A stretch of DNA of 64,000 nucleotides from Poseidonia sp. (lineage in GTDB: Archaea > Thermoplasmatota > Poseidoniia > Poseidoniales > Poseidoniaceae): assembly GCA_965661285.1 (NCBI GenBank), contig CBFIDD010000003.1, positions 96,001-160,000 of the forward strand, read 5' to 3'. The notes under the pieces were generated by a model. That model was given only the letters and a program-made list of their open reading frames with translations. It ran no database searches and had not been told where the DNA came from. Below are positions 1-8,824 of this stretch, piece after piece; within the stretch, counting starts at the first letter, position 1, and the number at the start of each line of letters is the position of its first letter. The position numbers and the translations under genes were made by a program.

Positions 1-755
1 ATGCCAATGCGGCTGTTGTCAAGGGCGTTCATGGCAATCGGGAACCCGTTGCCGACGCCCTTGATGGCGTTTTCAATCGGCACTTTGCAGTTGTTGAGCA
101 CCAAGGTGCAGGTGTCTGACGAGCGAATACCCAACTTGTCCTCTTTCTTTCCGACAGAGAACCCTTCGTAGGCAGCATCAACGATGAACGCCGTGGTACC
201 GCCGTGCTTCTTCGTCCCGTAATCGGGGTGGTCGACATCTTTGGCGAACAGAACGATGATTTGCGCTTGAGCGCCGTTGGTAACCCACATCTTTTCCCCA
301 TTGAGGATGTAATGCTTGCCGTCGTCAGAGAGTTTGGCTTTGCATGACATGGCAGCAGCGTCGGTTCCCGCCCCAGCTTCAGAAAGTGAGTAGGCGCCTA
401 CTTCGCCTGCTGCGAGGCGCGGGAGGAAGGTTTCTTTCTGGTGGTCGTCGCCGTGAAGCGCGATGGTCATGGAACAGAGACCAACATGCACACAGTACAT
501 GACGGCGAAAGAGGGGTCAACACGCGCCAGTTCCTCGATGATGATGGCCTCAGAAACATCGTCGATGGGTGAGCCGCCATACGCTTCGGGAATGGTGATG
601 CCGTGAAGGCCGTATTCGAGAAAGGCCTGCCACTCTTCGGAGGGTGGAATTTGGTTCTGGTCTCGATGTTCGACCGTGGGTGCCAGCACCGTTTCAGCGA
701 AGTCTCTTACCAGTTCTCGAATCATCTGTTGTTCGTCGGTTTCGCCGAAGTTCAT
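1..755 (-). CDS. Acyl-CoA dehydrogenase (3' part runs off the window)
   Basis: Not in the ORF track because it is open at the edge. Manual translation from ATG at 755 gives MNFGETDEQQMIRELVRDFAE...GITIPEAYGG...EELARVD...AYSLSEAGAGTDAA...NGEKMWVTNG...KLGIRSSDT, all typical acyl-CoA dehydrogenase motifs. GGTGAG RBS upstream. Confidence 0.93.
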   Translation of the reverse strand, partial: MNFGETDEQQMIRELVRDFAETVLAPTVEHRDQNQIPPSEEWQAFLEYGLHGITIPEAYGGSPIDDVSEAIIIEELARVDPSFAVMYCVHVGLCSMTIALHGDDHQKETFLPRLAAGEVGAYSLSEAGAGTDAAAMSCKAKLSDDGKHYILNGEKMWVTNGAQAQIIVLFAKDVDHPDYGTKKHGGTTAFIVDAAYEGFSVGKKEDKLGIRSSDTCTLVLNNCKVPIENAIKGVGNGFPIAMNALDNSRIG

Positions 756-873
756 GCCCTCACCACCCTTGCCAACATGAGGAGTTTCTTAACCCGTTTG
801 ATTCGGAAAAATTACATTTTTTCCCTCAGTCTTCATATACCACCTGTGGAAGCCGCGTTATGAGGCAGCAAAG

Positions 874-1299
874 ATGGATGACGACATCATTGAATTTGTG
901 ATTGCACAAGACCGAAAATATTCGATGGACCACCTCTGGTTTCAACAGAAAGACCAGAAGCTCATGATCGGCGTGAGTGAATTCCTCCGCGTTGAAATCG
1001 GTGATGTGCTCCGTGTGATTTTGCCGCAGGCTGAGACGGAAATTGACGAAGGAGGTAGCCTCTTCTCCATCTGGACGGCCGAGGAAAAAGTCTCCCTGAC
1101 CTCTCCCTTCTCCGGCATCATCTCCGACGTGAACGGCGAAGTGGAGATCAACCCCGACTTGGTCAACGATTCGGCATACAACGACGGCTGGATCATCCTG
1201 CTCGAACCCCACGAGTTGCAGTTGAACCCCGACGACAAGCAACTGCTCGAGAACCTGATGGAGCACAACGAGTACGTCGAGTTCCTCGCCGAGTTGTAA
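874..1299 (+). CDS. Glycine cleavage H-protein-like (lipoyl-domain fold), canonical lipoyl Lys absent
   Basis: YS..HLW, IGVSEF...IGDV, SPFSG.I..VN......PDLVN.SAY..GWI match GcvH; the VESVK motif is replaced by IWTAE. Confidence 0.85.
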   Translation: MDDDIIEFVIAQDRKYSMDHLWFQQKDQKLMIGVSEFLRVEIGDVLRVILPQAETEIDEGGSLFSIWTAEEKVSLTSPFSGIISDVNGEVEINPDLVNDSAYNDGWIILLEPHELQLNPDDKQLLENLMEHNEYVEFLAEL

Positions 1300-1363
1300 A
1301 ACGAAGCCAGCGCACGACCCCTTCGTCCCTAAGGATGATGAACTCACATCTCAACCGACGGCC

Positions 1364-1936
1364 ATGAGCGATGCCATGGACCAACTCAAGGCGAGTTTAC
1401 AGAACGCTCCAGTCATTTGGAAAGGCGATTATCCCTACTTCATTCATCCCGTGACCGATGGCGTCCCACGAATGGACCCCCGCGTTCTTCACGCCATCAC
1501 AGAACTCGCCGTCGAGCGCATTGATTGGGACAACATCGACGTGATTCTTGGTATCGAAGCGATGGGACTCCCGCTGACCGCACCGCTGAGCATGGCGACC
1601 GGCATTCCACTGGTCATCGCGCGAAAACGCTCTTACGGCCTTGATGGTGAAGTGGAAATCGATCAGTCCACCGGCTACTCAAAGGGTGCGATGTACCTCA
1701 ACGACTTGCATGAAGGTGAACGCATCGCCATCGTTGACGATGTCCTCTCAACGGGCGGCACGCTTGAAGCGGTCATCGAAGGCGTCAGCCGGTCGGGAGC
1801 AAAGGTTACTGAAATCATGGCTGTTGTCGAAAAAGGTGAGGGATTGGCGCACCTGCAAAACCTCCATCCAGACATTCGAATCCAATCCCTGGTTCGCTTG
1901 ACCATGGACGGCGATACCATCGTCTTGCTGGATTGA
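1364..1936 (+). CDS. hpt: Purine phosphoribosyltransferase (archaeal Hpt/Apt family)
   Basis: YPYFIHPVTDGVP, GIEAMGLPL, ARKR and the PRPP-binding motif IVDDVLSTGGT. Confidence 0.85.
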   Translation: MSDAMDQLKASLQNAPVIWKGDYPYFIHPVTDGVPRMDPRVLHAITELAVERIDWDNIDVILGIEAMGLPLTAPLSMATGIPLVIARKRSYGLDGEVEIDQSTGYSKGAMYLNDLHEGERIAIVDDVLSTGGTLEAVIEGVSRSGAKVTEIMAVVEKGEGLAHLQNLHPDIRIQSLVRLTMDGDTIVLLD

Positions 1937-2039
1937 CACTCCTCGATGAGTTTCCCAACCTTTCCCCGGAGGCTGAAAGACCGATGGCAACTTCGGGAAC
2001 GTGTTAAGATGTGCAGGTCTCGTAGCCGTTGTTGGAAGA

Positions 2040-2070
2040 TTTTGAACAATTCTTTATTACACAAAAGCCT
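2040..2070 (+). promoter_or_regulatory. AT-rich putative TATA-like promoter for the 2082-4120 gene pair
   Basis: TTCTTTATTACA about 25-30 nt upstream of the GTG at 2082, in otherwise GC-rich DNA. Confidence 0.35.
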
Positions 2071-2081
2071 AGGGTTTTGTT

Positions 2082-3092
2082 GTGAACTTTGACATCGTTA
2101 CGAACATTACCCAACAGGTGTGCCAAACCGATGTTGAAAACATCCGAGAAGTGTACCTCGAAGCCATTTGCGTTCTCGCCGAAGCCTCAACTTCCTTTAT
2201 CCTCAAACTCGACGGCGACGAAGCAAAGGTTGTCCGCTCAACCCTTCCGAGCCTGCTTCACGTGTCGCTGAAGAGCGACACCATTCGTCTGGAAAACGAA
2301 TCCTTTTGCTTGAATGAAGACGAGTTATTGGCGTGGTCAGCCCTTCCACCGGTCGGAGATGGACGCCTCAAATCGATCATCCTGCGCCGGTTCACGGTCG
2401 GCTCGGAGAGTTATGTCGCATGTGCGGCTTCATCTCAAACCGATGCCTTCACACAAGATGCATGCGAACAGTTCAACTGGACAGCGCCGCTTGGCGCCCA
2501 CACCATCCGCTTGATTCGAAATTCTGCAAAAAATGAGTTGGAGAAGCGAGCGCTCATGAAGGAAATGGATGCGCTCAAACAAGAATTGGCCGGTGCCCAA
2601 ACCGCAGCAGACCAACTTGAGGGGGCAAACGCCCAACTCTCCAATGCGCTGCTTGAGGTCTCCAGCGCCAAGGCCCAATCGAAAGCCCTTCTCCTCACGG
2701 TGGGCATCGGTATCATCCTCTTTGCCATCTCGGAATTCCGAATTGAGCCCTGGCTGGAAGCATCAGGCGCTTCTCCTTCGACCTTGGTTTACCAAAAAGT
2801 GCTCATCCTCGGGGGTTTGGTACCCATACAAGTGGTCGTGGAACGCTTCATCTCCTCAAAGGTAAATTCCAATGCTTCCGCGATTCGAATCGGTATGTAC
2901 GAAGAAGCACTCGGTGTACTTCTCGAAGACGGAGCGCTCACCGAGAAAGAAATACGGTGGCTCGAACTCTACCGTCGTCAACAAGGTATCCTGCGCGAGG
3001 AAGCACAAGCAGTTGAAGCCCGTTTACGGATGACCATGCTCAAAAAGAAGCGGGAAAACTTACAAAAAACGCCGGCCATTGCCACTGCATAG
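2082..3092 (+). CDS. GAF-like domain + coiled coil + TM hairpin + C-terminal helical domain; putative rhodopsin partner
   Basis: The first ~145 aa show a GAF pattern (LAEASTSFILKLD...LKSIILRRF...AFTQDACEQFNWTAPLGAHTIR). Then a heptad region (ELEKRALMKEMDALKQEL...), two hydrophobic segments (ALLLTVGIGIILFAIS; VLILGGLVPIQVVV), and YEEAL...EDGALTEKE..WL...RRQQGI..EEA. Confidence 0.65.
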   Translation: MNFDIVTNITQQVCQTDVENIREVYLEAICVLAEASTSFILKLDGDEAKVVRSTLPSLLHVSLKSDTIRLENESFCLNEDELLAWSALPPVGDGRLKSIILRRFTVGSESYVACAASSQTDAFTQDACEQFNWTAPLGAHTIRLIRNSAKNELEKRALMKEMDALKQELAGAQTAADQLEGANAQLSNALLEVSSAKAQSKALLLTVGIGIILFAISEFRIEPWLEASGASPSTLVYQKVLILGGLVPIQVVVERFISSKVNSNASAIRIGMYEEALGVLLEDGALTEKEIRWLELYRRQQGILREEAQAVEARLRMTMLKKKRENLQKTPAIATA

Positions 3093-3106
3093 AGGGCGTG
3101 AGAACG

Positions 3107-4120
3107 ATGAAGCAACGCAAGATCAGCAATCCAGTCCTGCTATCAGCTACCCTGTTTCTCTTGACCCTCCTGCCAACCGTATCCGCCGCGGGTGGCTCAA
3201 CCTTCGAAAACGGTGATGCCATGAGCGCCCTTGAACGGGTGACGTACATCTCGTTCGTTGCCATCAGCCTGATGTTCATCGCTGCTGCGTTCTTCTTGTT
3301 CATGGAACGTAACGACGTCGCTCGGCGCCACCGCCCTGCTATCGGTATCGGCGTGATGATCGTCGGTATTGCCGGATTCCAGTATGCGCTGATGCAGGAT
3401 GTTTACATCGCTGATGGCTCCATACCCACCGACTTTCGGTACGCAGACTGGCTTACGACGGTTCCGCTGATGGCCGTCACCTTTGCTCTCCTTGCTGGTC
3501 GTGAGTCGTTCACGAACCACCGCTTGTTCAGCCTGCCCGGCATGTCGGTGCCCGGCATCATCATCGTTGGCTCGTTGTTCATGATGATCGGCGGCTACAT
3601 CGGCCAAGTAGAACTTGACCAAGCGCTCGCTGATGGCGTTGACCCCTCCGGGACACACTGGTTTTTCTTCGCTCAGGGAATGGTCGGCTACCTGACCGTC
3701 TTCCTCATCGTCGGCACCCCGTTTACGGGTTCTTACGGTATTGACGACACCAAAATCGCCGACGAATCCATTCGCCAAACCATGGGTCGGCTCCGACGTC
3801 TTGTCTTGTTTGGATGGCTCATCTATCCGGCGGGATACGTCATCGGCGCCCTCGAATTGGGGGGAGCGGGTGGAGCCGCCGCCATGATGTTGGTCTACAA
3901 CCTCGCGGACCTCGTCAACAAACTGGCCTTTGTCATCATCGTGCTCGTGGGCGCACGAGCCACCGAGGAAGCGCAAGCTGCCTACAGTTCCACCTTCACC
4001 TACGCACCAACAGCGACCAAGAGCGAGCGAGAAGAAGAAGAGGAACACCGAGACAGCCTGCGTGAACTGGCCGCTCTCGCTTCTGAGCTCGTCGATGAAG
4101 AGATCAGCGGTGAACTTTGA
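3107..4120 (+). CDS. Microbial rhodopsin, divergent proteorhodopsin family (D-T-T motif), with N-terminal signal/extra helix and acidic C-tail
   Basis: Helix C FRYADWLTTVPLM, helix F GWLIYPAGY, helix G YNLADLVNK with the retinal Lys. Start is ATG 3107 or GTG 3098. Confidence 0.95.
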   Translation: MKQRKISNPVLLSATLFLLTLLPTVSAAGGSTFENGDAMSALERVTYISFVAISLMFIAAAFFLFMERNDVARRHRPAIGIGVMIVGIAGFQYALMQDVYIADGSIPTDFRYADWLTTVPLMAVTFALLAGRESFTNHRLFSLPGMSVPGIIIVGSLFMMIGGYIGQVELDQALADGVDPSGTHWFFFAQGMVGYLTVFLIVGTPFTGSYGIDDTKIADESIRQTMGRLRRLVLFGWLIYPAGYVIGALELGGAGGAAAMMLVYNLADLVNKLAFVIIVLVGARATEEAQAAYSSTFTYAPTATKSEREEEEEHRDSLRELAALASELVDEEISGEL

Positions 4121-4128
4121 GAGGACGG

Positions 4129-4167
4129 GAAGCCATCGCTCTCTTCTTCTTCGGAATGGGTGGCTTC
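4129..4167 (+). terminator. Possible terminator after the rhodopsin gene
   Basis: Inverted arms GAAGCCA (4129-4135) and TGGCTTC (4161-4167) enclose a pyrimidine tract CTCTCTTCTTCTTC. Confidence 0.3.
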
Positions 4168-4204
4168 ATGAGGGAGGGGCGCCGCCATCGGTTTGAGGGG
4201 AAGC

Positions 4205-5314
4205 ATGGACCTTGACCGCCACGACTTTGAATTGGACGAGTTGATGGAGCGCATCCGTGCCAACGACAACCGTCTGATTGCGCTTCAAGTGCCTGAAGGC
4301 CTCAAGATGCAGGCCCTCGAGATGATGGACACCATCGAAACCGAAACCAGCGCCCAAGTGGTTTTGGCCGCCGACCCTTGCTACGGTGCCTGCGACCTCG
4401 TTCACGACAAGATGCAACTCATGGGCGTGGAACTGGTGGCGCACATGGGCCATTCCCAGATGAACATCGATTCCGGCATGCCCACGCAATTCATCAACGT
4501 CACCTACGACGGCGACCCTGAACTCAAACCCGTCCTTCCGTGGCTAGAACAGCACCGGGCCATGGCCCAAGCACGCCTTGCTGAGCAAGGGCAGTCCACC
4601 GAGTTGAGCGAAGAAGAAGCACAGGAGAAATTCATGGATGCCGTGGGACGCATGGCACCGCTGACCAATACCAAACTTGGTCTGGTTGGCTCCATTCAAC
4701 ACCTGCATCTTCTGCCTGACTTCCACGACCGATTGGAAAAGGCCGGCTTCGACGTCACCATCCCCATCGGCGGCGCTCGACTCTCCTTCCCGGGCCAGGT
4801 GCTTGGCTGCAATTATTCCGGAGACGACGCCTCCATCGGCCACTATCTCTTCCTTGGAAGTGGGGATTTTCACCCCATCGGCCTTGTGCTGCACACCGGC
4901 AAGCCGCTGGCCATGCTCGACCCCTACACCGGCGAGGCCGAGGAAATGTCCTTGCAGCGCATTGAGCGTATCCTGCGTCAGCGCTTCGGCCTCATCATGA
5001 GCGTCCAAGATGCTAACTCCTTTGGCATTCTGATCGGCGAAAAGCCAGGACAAATGCGACGGACCCTTGCGCTGCGCATGAAGCGCATGCTCGCCAAGCA
5101 CGGCAAGAAAGGCTACCTGCTCGCCCTTGAGCATGTCGGACCCGAACTCATCGACTTCTATCCCGTTGATGCCTTCGTCAACACAGCCTGCCCCCGAATT
5201 GCCATCGATGATGCCGTCAAGTACCGCAAGCCGCTCATCACGCCGTTTGAACTTGAAGTGGCCCTCGGTGAGAAGCAGTGGGAGACCGGCTACCAGTTCG
5301 ATGAAATCCCCTGA
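4205..5314 (+). CDS. dph2: Diphthamide biosynthesis enzyme Dph2
   Basis: LQVPEGLK, CYGACD, HMGHS, GQVLGCN, G.G.FHP, K.GQ.R, TACPRIAIDD; the three Fe-S cysteines are present. Confidence 0.95.
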   Translation: MDLDRHDFELDELMERIRANDNRLIALQVPEGLKMQALEMMDTIETETSAQVVLAADPCYGACDLVHDKMQLMGVELVAHMGHSQMNIDSGMPTQFINVTYDGDPELKPVLPWLEQHRAMAQARLAEQGQSTELSEEEAQEKFMDAVGRMAPLTNTKLGLVGSIQHLHLLPDFHDRLEKAGFDVTIPIGGARLSFPGQVLGCNYSGDDASIGHYLFLGSGDFHPIGLVLHTGKPLAMLDPYTGEAEEMSLQRIERILRQRFGLIMSVQDANSFGILIGEKPGQMRRTLALRMKRMLAKHGKKGYLLALEHVGPELIDFYPVDAFVNTACPRIAIDDAVKYRKPLITPFELEVALGEKQWETGYQFDEIP

Positions 5315-5403
5315 ATCGCAGATGCACAGGCGACAAAAAGCGAACGGCACGCCCGTTTGGAGACCACATCTTTTAGAACGGTTGACATCAGCATTCTCTT
5401 GAT

Positions 5404-6609
5404 ATGGTGGACTATCTCGACCGAATCGGCGCTGGGCTCATCATCGCCCATCCAGAACGGTTGGATTTTGACTTCGTTCCCGAAGAACTGGTGGGAAGAG
5501 AGGACGTTCAACGTGAACTGGCCTCCAAATTCTCCAACGTGGCTTCCCCCGAAGGTGCGGCCAGGGCTGTCATCACCGGCCCGGTGGGCAGTGGAAAAAC
5601 CGTGCTCGCCAAGACGTTCTGCAGGGACCTTCAGCGCCACCTTTCGGGAAAACGTGAACTGAAAGTTGCGCACATCAACTGTCGAAACGCCTCCACCAGC
5701 ATGCGGGTCGCCCAACGCATCCTCCACCAGTTTGACCCCGGCCATCCCGACCGTGGCCTTTCACTTGGTGAGATGCTCCTCAGCCTTCGCAAAATGCTTC
5801 GACGTACATCCACGCACCTCATCGTCGTGTTGGACGAAGTGGACCACATGCTGCGTCGTTCTGGTGATGAGCTGCTGTATCAACTGCTTCGGATTGACGA
5901 AGACCAGGACGGCACGGGAACGCTATCGTTGATGCTCATCAGTCAAGAACAGGTACTCGACGTGCTCGAAACGGCCGTGCTGTCAAAGTTTGGCCAGTCC
6001 AATCATCTACGCATTAAGCCCTACACCGTTGACGGATTGGAAGCCATCGCTCGCCAGCGGGCAGAAATGGCACTGGTCCCGGGAACATGGAGCGATGCCA
6101 CCGTGCGCTTGCTGGCAGAGCGAGCGGCTGCCAGCGGTGATGCGCGGCGAGTGATTGAGTACCTCAGCAGCGCAGCAGAACGTTGTGAATTCCGTCAAGA
6201 CGGGCACACCGAGCAGGTCATCACCGTTGAGGACATTCACGCCATGAGCGACACCGTAGCGGTTGACACCAAATCACGTCTCGAAGTGGTGGACGACCTC
6301 CCCGCTCAAGGCATGCTGATTTTGCTCGCCATGTGCAGGCGCCTTCGAACCGAAGAAAGCGTGACGATGGGCGACGTTGAACGCCTCTACGCCGTGGTTT
6401 GCGAGGAGTACCAACAGAAGCCAAAAAGTCACACAACGCTTTGGAAATACGTCAAACAAATCGAACGAGAGGGTGTGATCAGCACTCGCGTGGCCACCGT
6501 GCCGGGCGGACGAGGACGTACGACCCACCTGAGCATGCCCCACTTTCTTCCAGCCGACATCGCAAGCAGGTTGGAATTGCTCTTGCCCAAGCAACTTCAG
6601 CGTCGCTGA
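5404..6609 (+). CDS. cdc6: Orc1/Cdc6 replication initiator
   Basis: F.PEELVGRE, Walker A GPVGSGKT, HINCR, Walker B VVLDEVD, GDARR, C-terminal winged helix ending GRGRTT. Confidence 0.93.
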   Translation: MVDYLDRIGAGLIIAHPERLDFDFVPEELVGREDVQRELASKFSNVASPEGAARAVITGPVGSGKTVLAKTFCRDLQRHLSGKRELKVAHINCRNASTSMRVAQRILHQFDPGHPDRGLSLGEMLLSLRKMLRRTSTHLIVVLDEVDHMLRRSGDELLYQLLRIDEDQDGTGTLSLMLISQEQVLDVLETAVLSKFGQSNHLRIKPYTVDGLEAIARQRAEMALVPGTWSDATVRLLAERAAASGDARRVIEYLSSAAERCEFRQDGHTEQVITVEDIHAMSDTVAVDTKSRLEVVDDLPAQGMLILLAMCRRLRTEESVTMGDVERLYAVVCEEYQQKPKSHTTLWKYVKQIEREGVISTRVATVPGGRGRTTHLSMPHFLPADIASRLELLLPKQLQRR

Positions 6610-6676
6610 GGCCTGCACGTGAGACGATGGGGCTAAATACGGGTCACGAGTCGGACAAATCCCGAGAGGTGCTCCT

Positions 6677-7153
6677 ATGGCAGAATTCATTGCAGTGGTC
6701 AACGACACGGACCCAAAGAACGGCGGAAAATCCTACGCCTTGAAAATCACCGGAAACAACCACGCCCAAATGCTCGGAAAGCGAATTGGCGATGTTGTGG
6801 ACGGTCTCTTCGTTGGCGAGGGCGACAAAACCCTCTCCGGCTACAAACTCGAAATCACGGGCGGCTCCGACAAAACCGGAACCCCCATGCGCCGAGATCT
6901 CGAAGGCGGCAACCGACAGTCCATCCTCGTGACCCAGTCGACCGGGTACAAGGGCGAAGTCATCGTCAACAAGAAGAAGGGCGGCGAACAGAAGCGCTTC
7001 CGATACAAGCCAGACGGTCTGCGTAAGCGACGAAACTTCCGTGGAAACACGGTGACCCAAGACACCCGTCAAATCAACCTCCGAGTGGTTGAATCTGGAA
7101 AGAAACCGCTCGCCACCATCCTCGGCGCTGAGGGCGAGGAAGCATCGGAGTGA
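6677..7153 (+). CDS. rps6e: 30S ribosomal protein S6e
   Basis: GKRIGDVVDG, LEITGGSDKTGTPMR.D, GLRKRRNFRGN, QINL. Confidence 0.95.
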   Translation: MAEFIAVVNDTDPKNGGKSYALKITGNNHAQMLGKRIGDVVDGLFVGEGDKTLSGYKLEITGGSDKTGTPMRRDLEGGNRQSILVTQSTGYKGEVIVNKKKGGEQKRFRYKPDGLRKRRNFRGNTVTQDTRQINLRVVESGKKPLATILGAEGEEASE

Positions 7154-7192
7154 ACCCGAGAGGGTAATCGAGGAACATAAGGAGAGGGAAGC

Positions 7193-8431
7193 ATGGCACG
7201 AAAGCTTCCCGCTCAACCCGAGGTGAACATCGGTTTGGTCGGTCACGTCGACCACGGAAAAACCACCTTGACTCAAGCCTTGTCCGGTGTTTGGACCGAT
7301 ACCCATTCCGAGGAACGAAAGCGAGGCATCTCCATCAAACTCGGCTATGCGGACACGGCCTTCTACAAGGACGACAAAGGGCAATACTACGCCACGGGCA
7401 AACGTCCTGGAGGTGGCGACGACGTCGAGGATGAACTCGAGCGCGTGGTCTCCTTTGTCGATGCTCCCGGCCACGAGACGCTGATGGCCATCATGATCAC
7501 CGGCGCGTCCATCATGGACGGCGCCATGCTGATGGTGGCAGCCAACGAAACGTGCCCGCAGCCCCAAACCCGAGAACATCTCATGGCACTGGAGATTGCA
7601 GGGATTGAAAACATCGTCATCGTCCAGAACAAAATTGACCTGGTATCAAAGGAACGAGCGATGGAGTCCCACGCTGAGATCAAAGCCTTCCTCAAAGGAA
7701 CGATTGCACAAGACGCACCCATCATTCCGGTTTCGGCACATCATGACGTGAACCTTGACGTGTTGATCGAGGCCATTGAAGCCACCATTCCTACGCCTGA
7801 CCGCTCGAAGGACAAGCGCTCCATCATGCATGTCGCACGCTCGTTTGACATCAACAGGCCGGGCACTCGACCGGCCAAACTGCGAGGCGGCGTGATCGGT
7901 GGCAGCATTGTTGAAGGCGAGTTTGCCGAAGGCGACGAGATCGTCATCGGACCCGGTCGGAAAATCGAGAAAGGAAACAAATCGACTTGGGAGCCGATTG
8001 AGGCCGTGGTGAGCAGCATGCAGGGCGGAGGCCTCAGCCTTGACAAGATGCACGCAGGCGGCCTCTGTGGAATGGCCACCTTCCTCGACCCCTCCATCAC
8101 AACCTCCGACAACCTCTCGGGCCAAGTTGTGGCTCGCAAAGGCGACCTCCCAGAGGTCCACAGCAGCGTCTCCATCAGCGTCAACCTGATGTCGCACATG
8201 GCGGCAGGTGATGGCGAAGCAGCGGAGAAGATTCAACCGCTGCGCAACAACGAGATGCTCATGCTCAACGTGGCAACCGCCACCTCCGTGGGCACGACCC
8301 GCAACGCCGAGAAGACGAGAACTGACCTTGAGTTGCGTCTTCCAATCTGTGCTGATAAAGGTCAGCGCATCTCACTCTCCCGCCGAATCGGTTCCCGTTG
8401 GCGACTGATTGGCTACGGCACCATCGAGTGA
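7193..8431 (+). CDS. eif2g: Translation initiation factor 2 subunit gamma
   Basis: QPEVNIGLVGHVDHGKTT, RGISIKLGYA, DAPGHE, QNKID, RSFDINRPG, RWRLIGYG. Confidence 0.97.
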   Translation: MARKLPAQPEVNIGLVGHVDHGKTTLTQALSGVWTDTHSEERKRGISIKLGYADTAFYKDDKGQYYATGKRPGGGDDVEDELERVVSFVDAPGHETLMAIMITGASIMDGAMLMVAANETCPQPQTREHLMALEIAGIENIVIVQNKIDLVSKERAMESHAEIKAFLKGTIAQDAPIIPVSAHHDVNLDVLIEAIEATIPTPDRSKDKRSIMHVARSFDINRPGTRPAKLRGGVIGGSIVEGEFAEGDEIVIGPGRKIEKGNKSTWEPIEAVVSSMQGGGLSLDKMHAGGLCGMATFLDPSITTSDNLSGQVVARKGDLPEVHSSVSISVNLMSHMAAGDGEAAEKIQPLRNNEMLMLNVATATSVGTTRNAEKTRTDLELRLPICADKGQRISLSRRIGSRWRLIGYGTIE

Positions 8432-8440
8432 GGGTCAACG

Positions 8441-8818
8441 ATGCAGCACGTGCTCATCGATGCGTGCGGATGGGTCGCTTGCATCGATGCGAAGATCAAC
8501 ATCCAATCCGACATGGAGGCACTGCTGGGTCCGTGCACCTGGGTCTTGCTTCCAAGCGTGGAGGCTGAACTCCAACGCCTTGCGGACCAGCGCCCACGAG
8601 CAAAACCACTCTTGCTGAACCTCCTCAACAGCAGAGCGCTGCATTACGGGGACGAGAAAAGTCAACACGCGGATGACGCCATCTTCGCCTGCGCAGCATC
8701 AAACGATTGGGTGACGCTCACGGTGGACACCGAACTCAAGCGCCGCCTGTACGAAGCCAACCTTCGTGTGCTCGAGGTTCGTCAAAACAACCACCTCCAT
8801 CTCGTAGATTCGCTATAG
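8441..8818 (+). CDS. PIN-domain protein (Fcf1/Utp24-like)
   Basis: VLIDA, V.AEL, ADDAI and TVDTELKRRL acidic PIN motifs; usual archaeal position after eif2g. Confidence 0.8.
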   Translation: MQHVLIDACGWVACIDAKINIQSDMEALLGPCTWVLLPSVEAELQRLADQRPRAKPLLLNLLNSRALHYGDEKSQHADDAIFACAASNDWVTLTVDTELKRRLYEANLRVLEVRQNNHLHLVDSL

Positions 8819-8824
8819 AAACAA

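Noticed and set aside
1330-1363. ATGATGA box-C-like motif (C/D sRNA)
   Set aside because: No suitably placed box D (CTGA) and too little intergenic room.
5315-6676. Replication origin with ORB elements flanking cdc6
   Set aside because: The flanking intergenic gaps are only about 90 and 70 bp, with no repeated ORB-like TCCAGTGGAAAC motif or AT-rich unwinding element.
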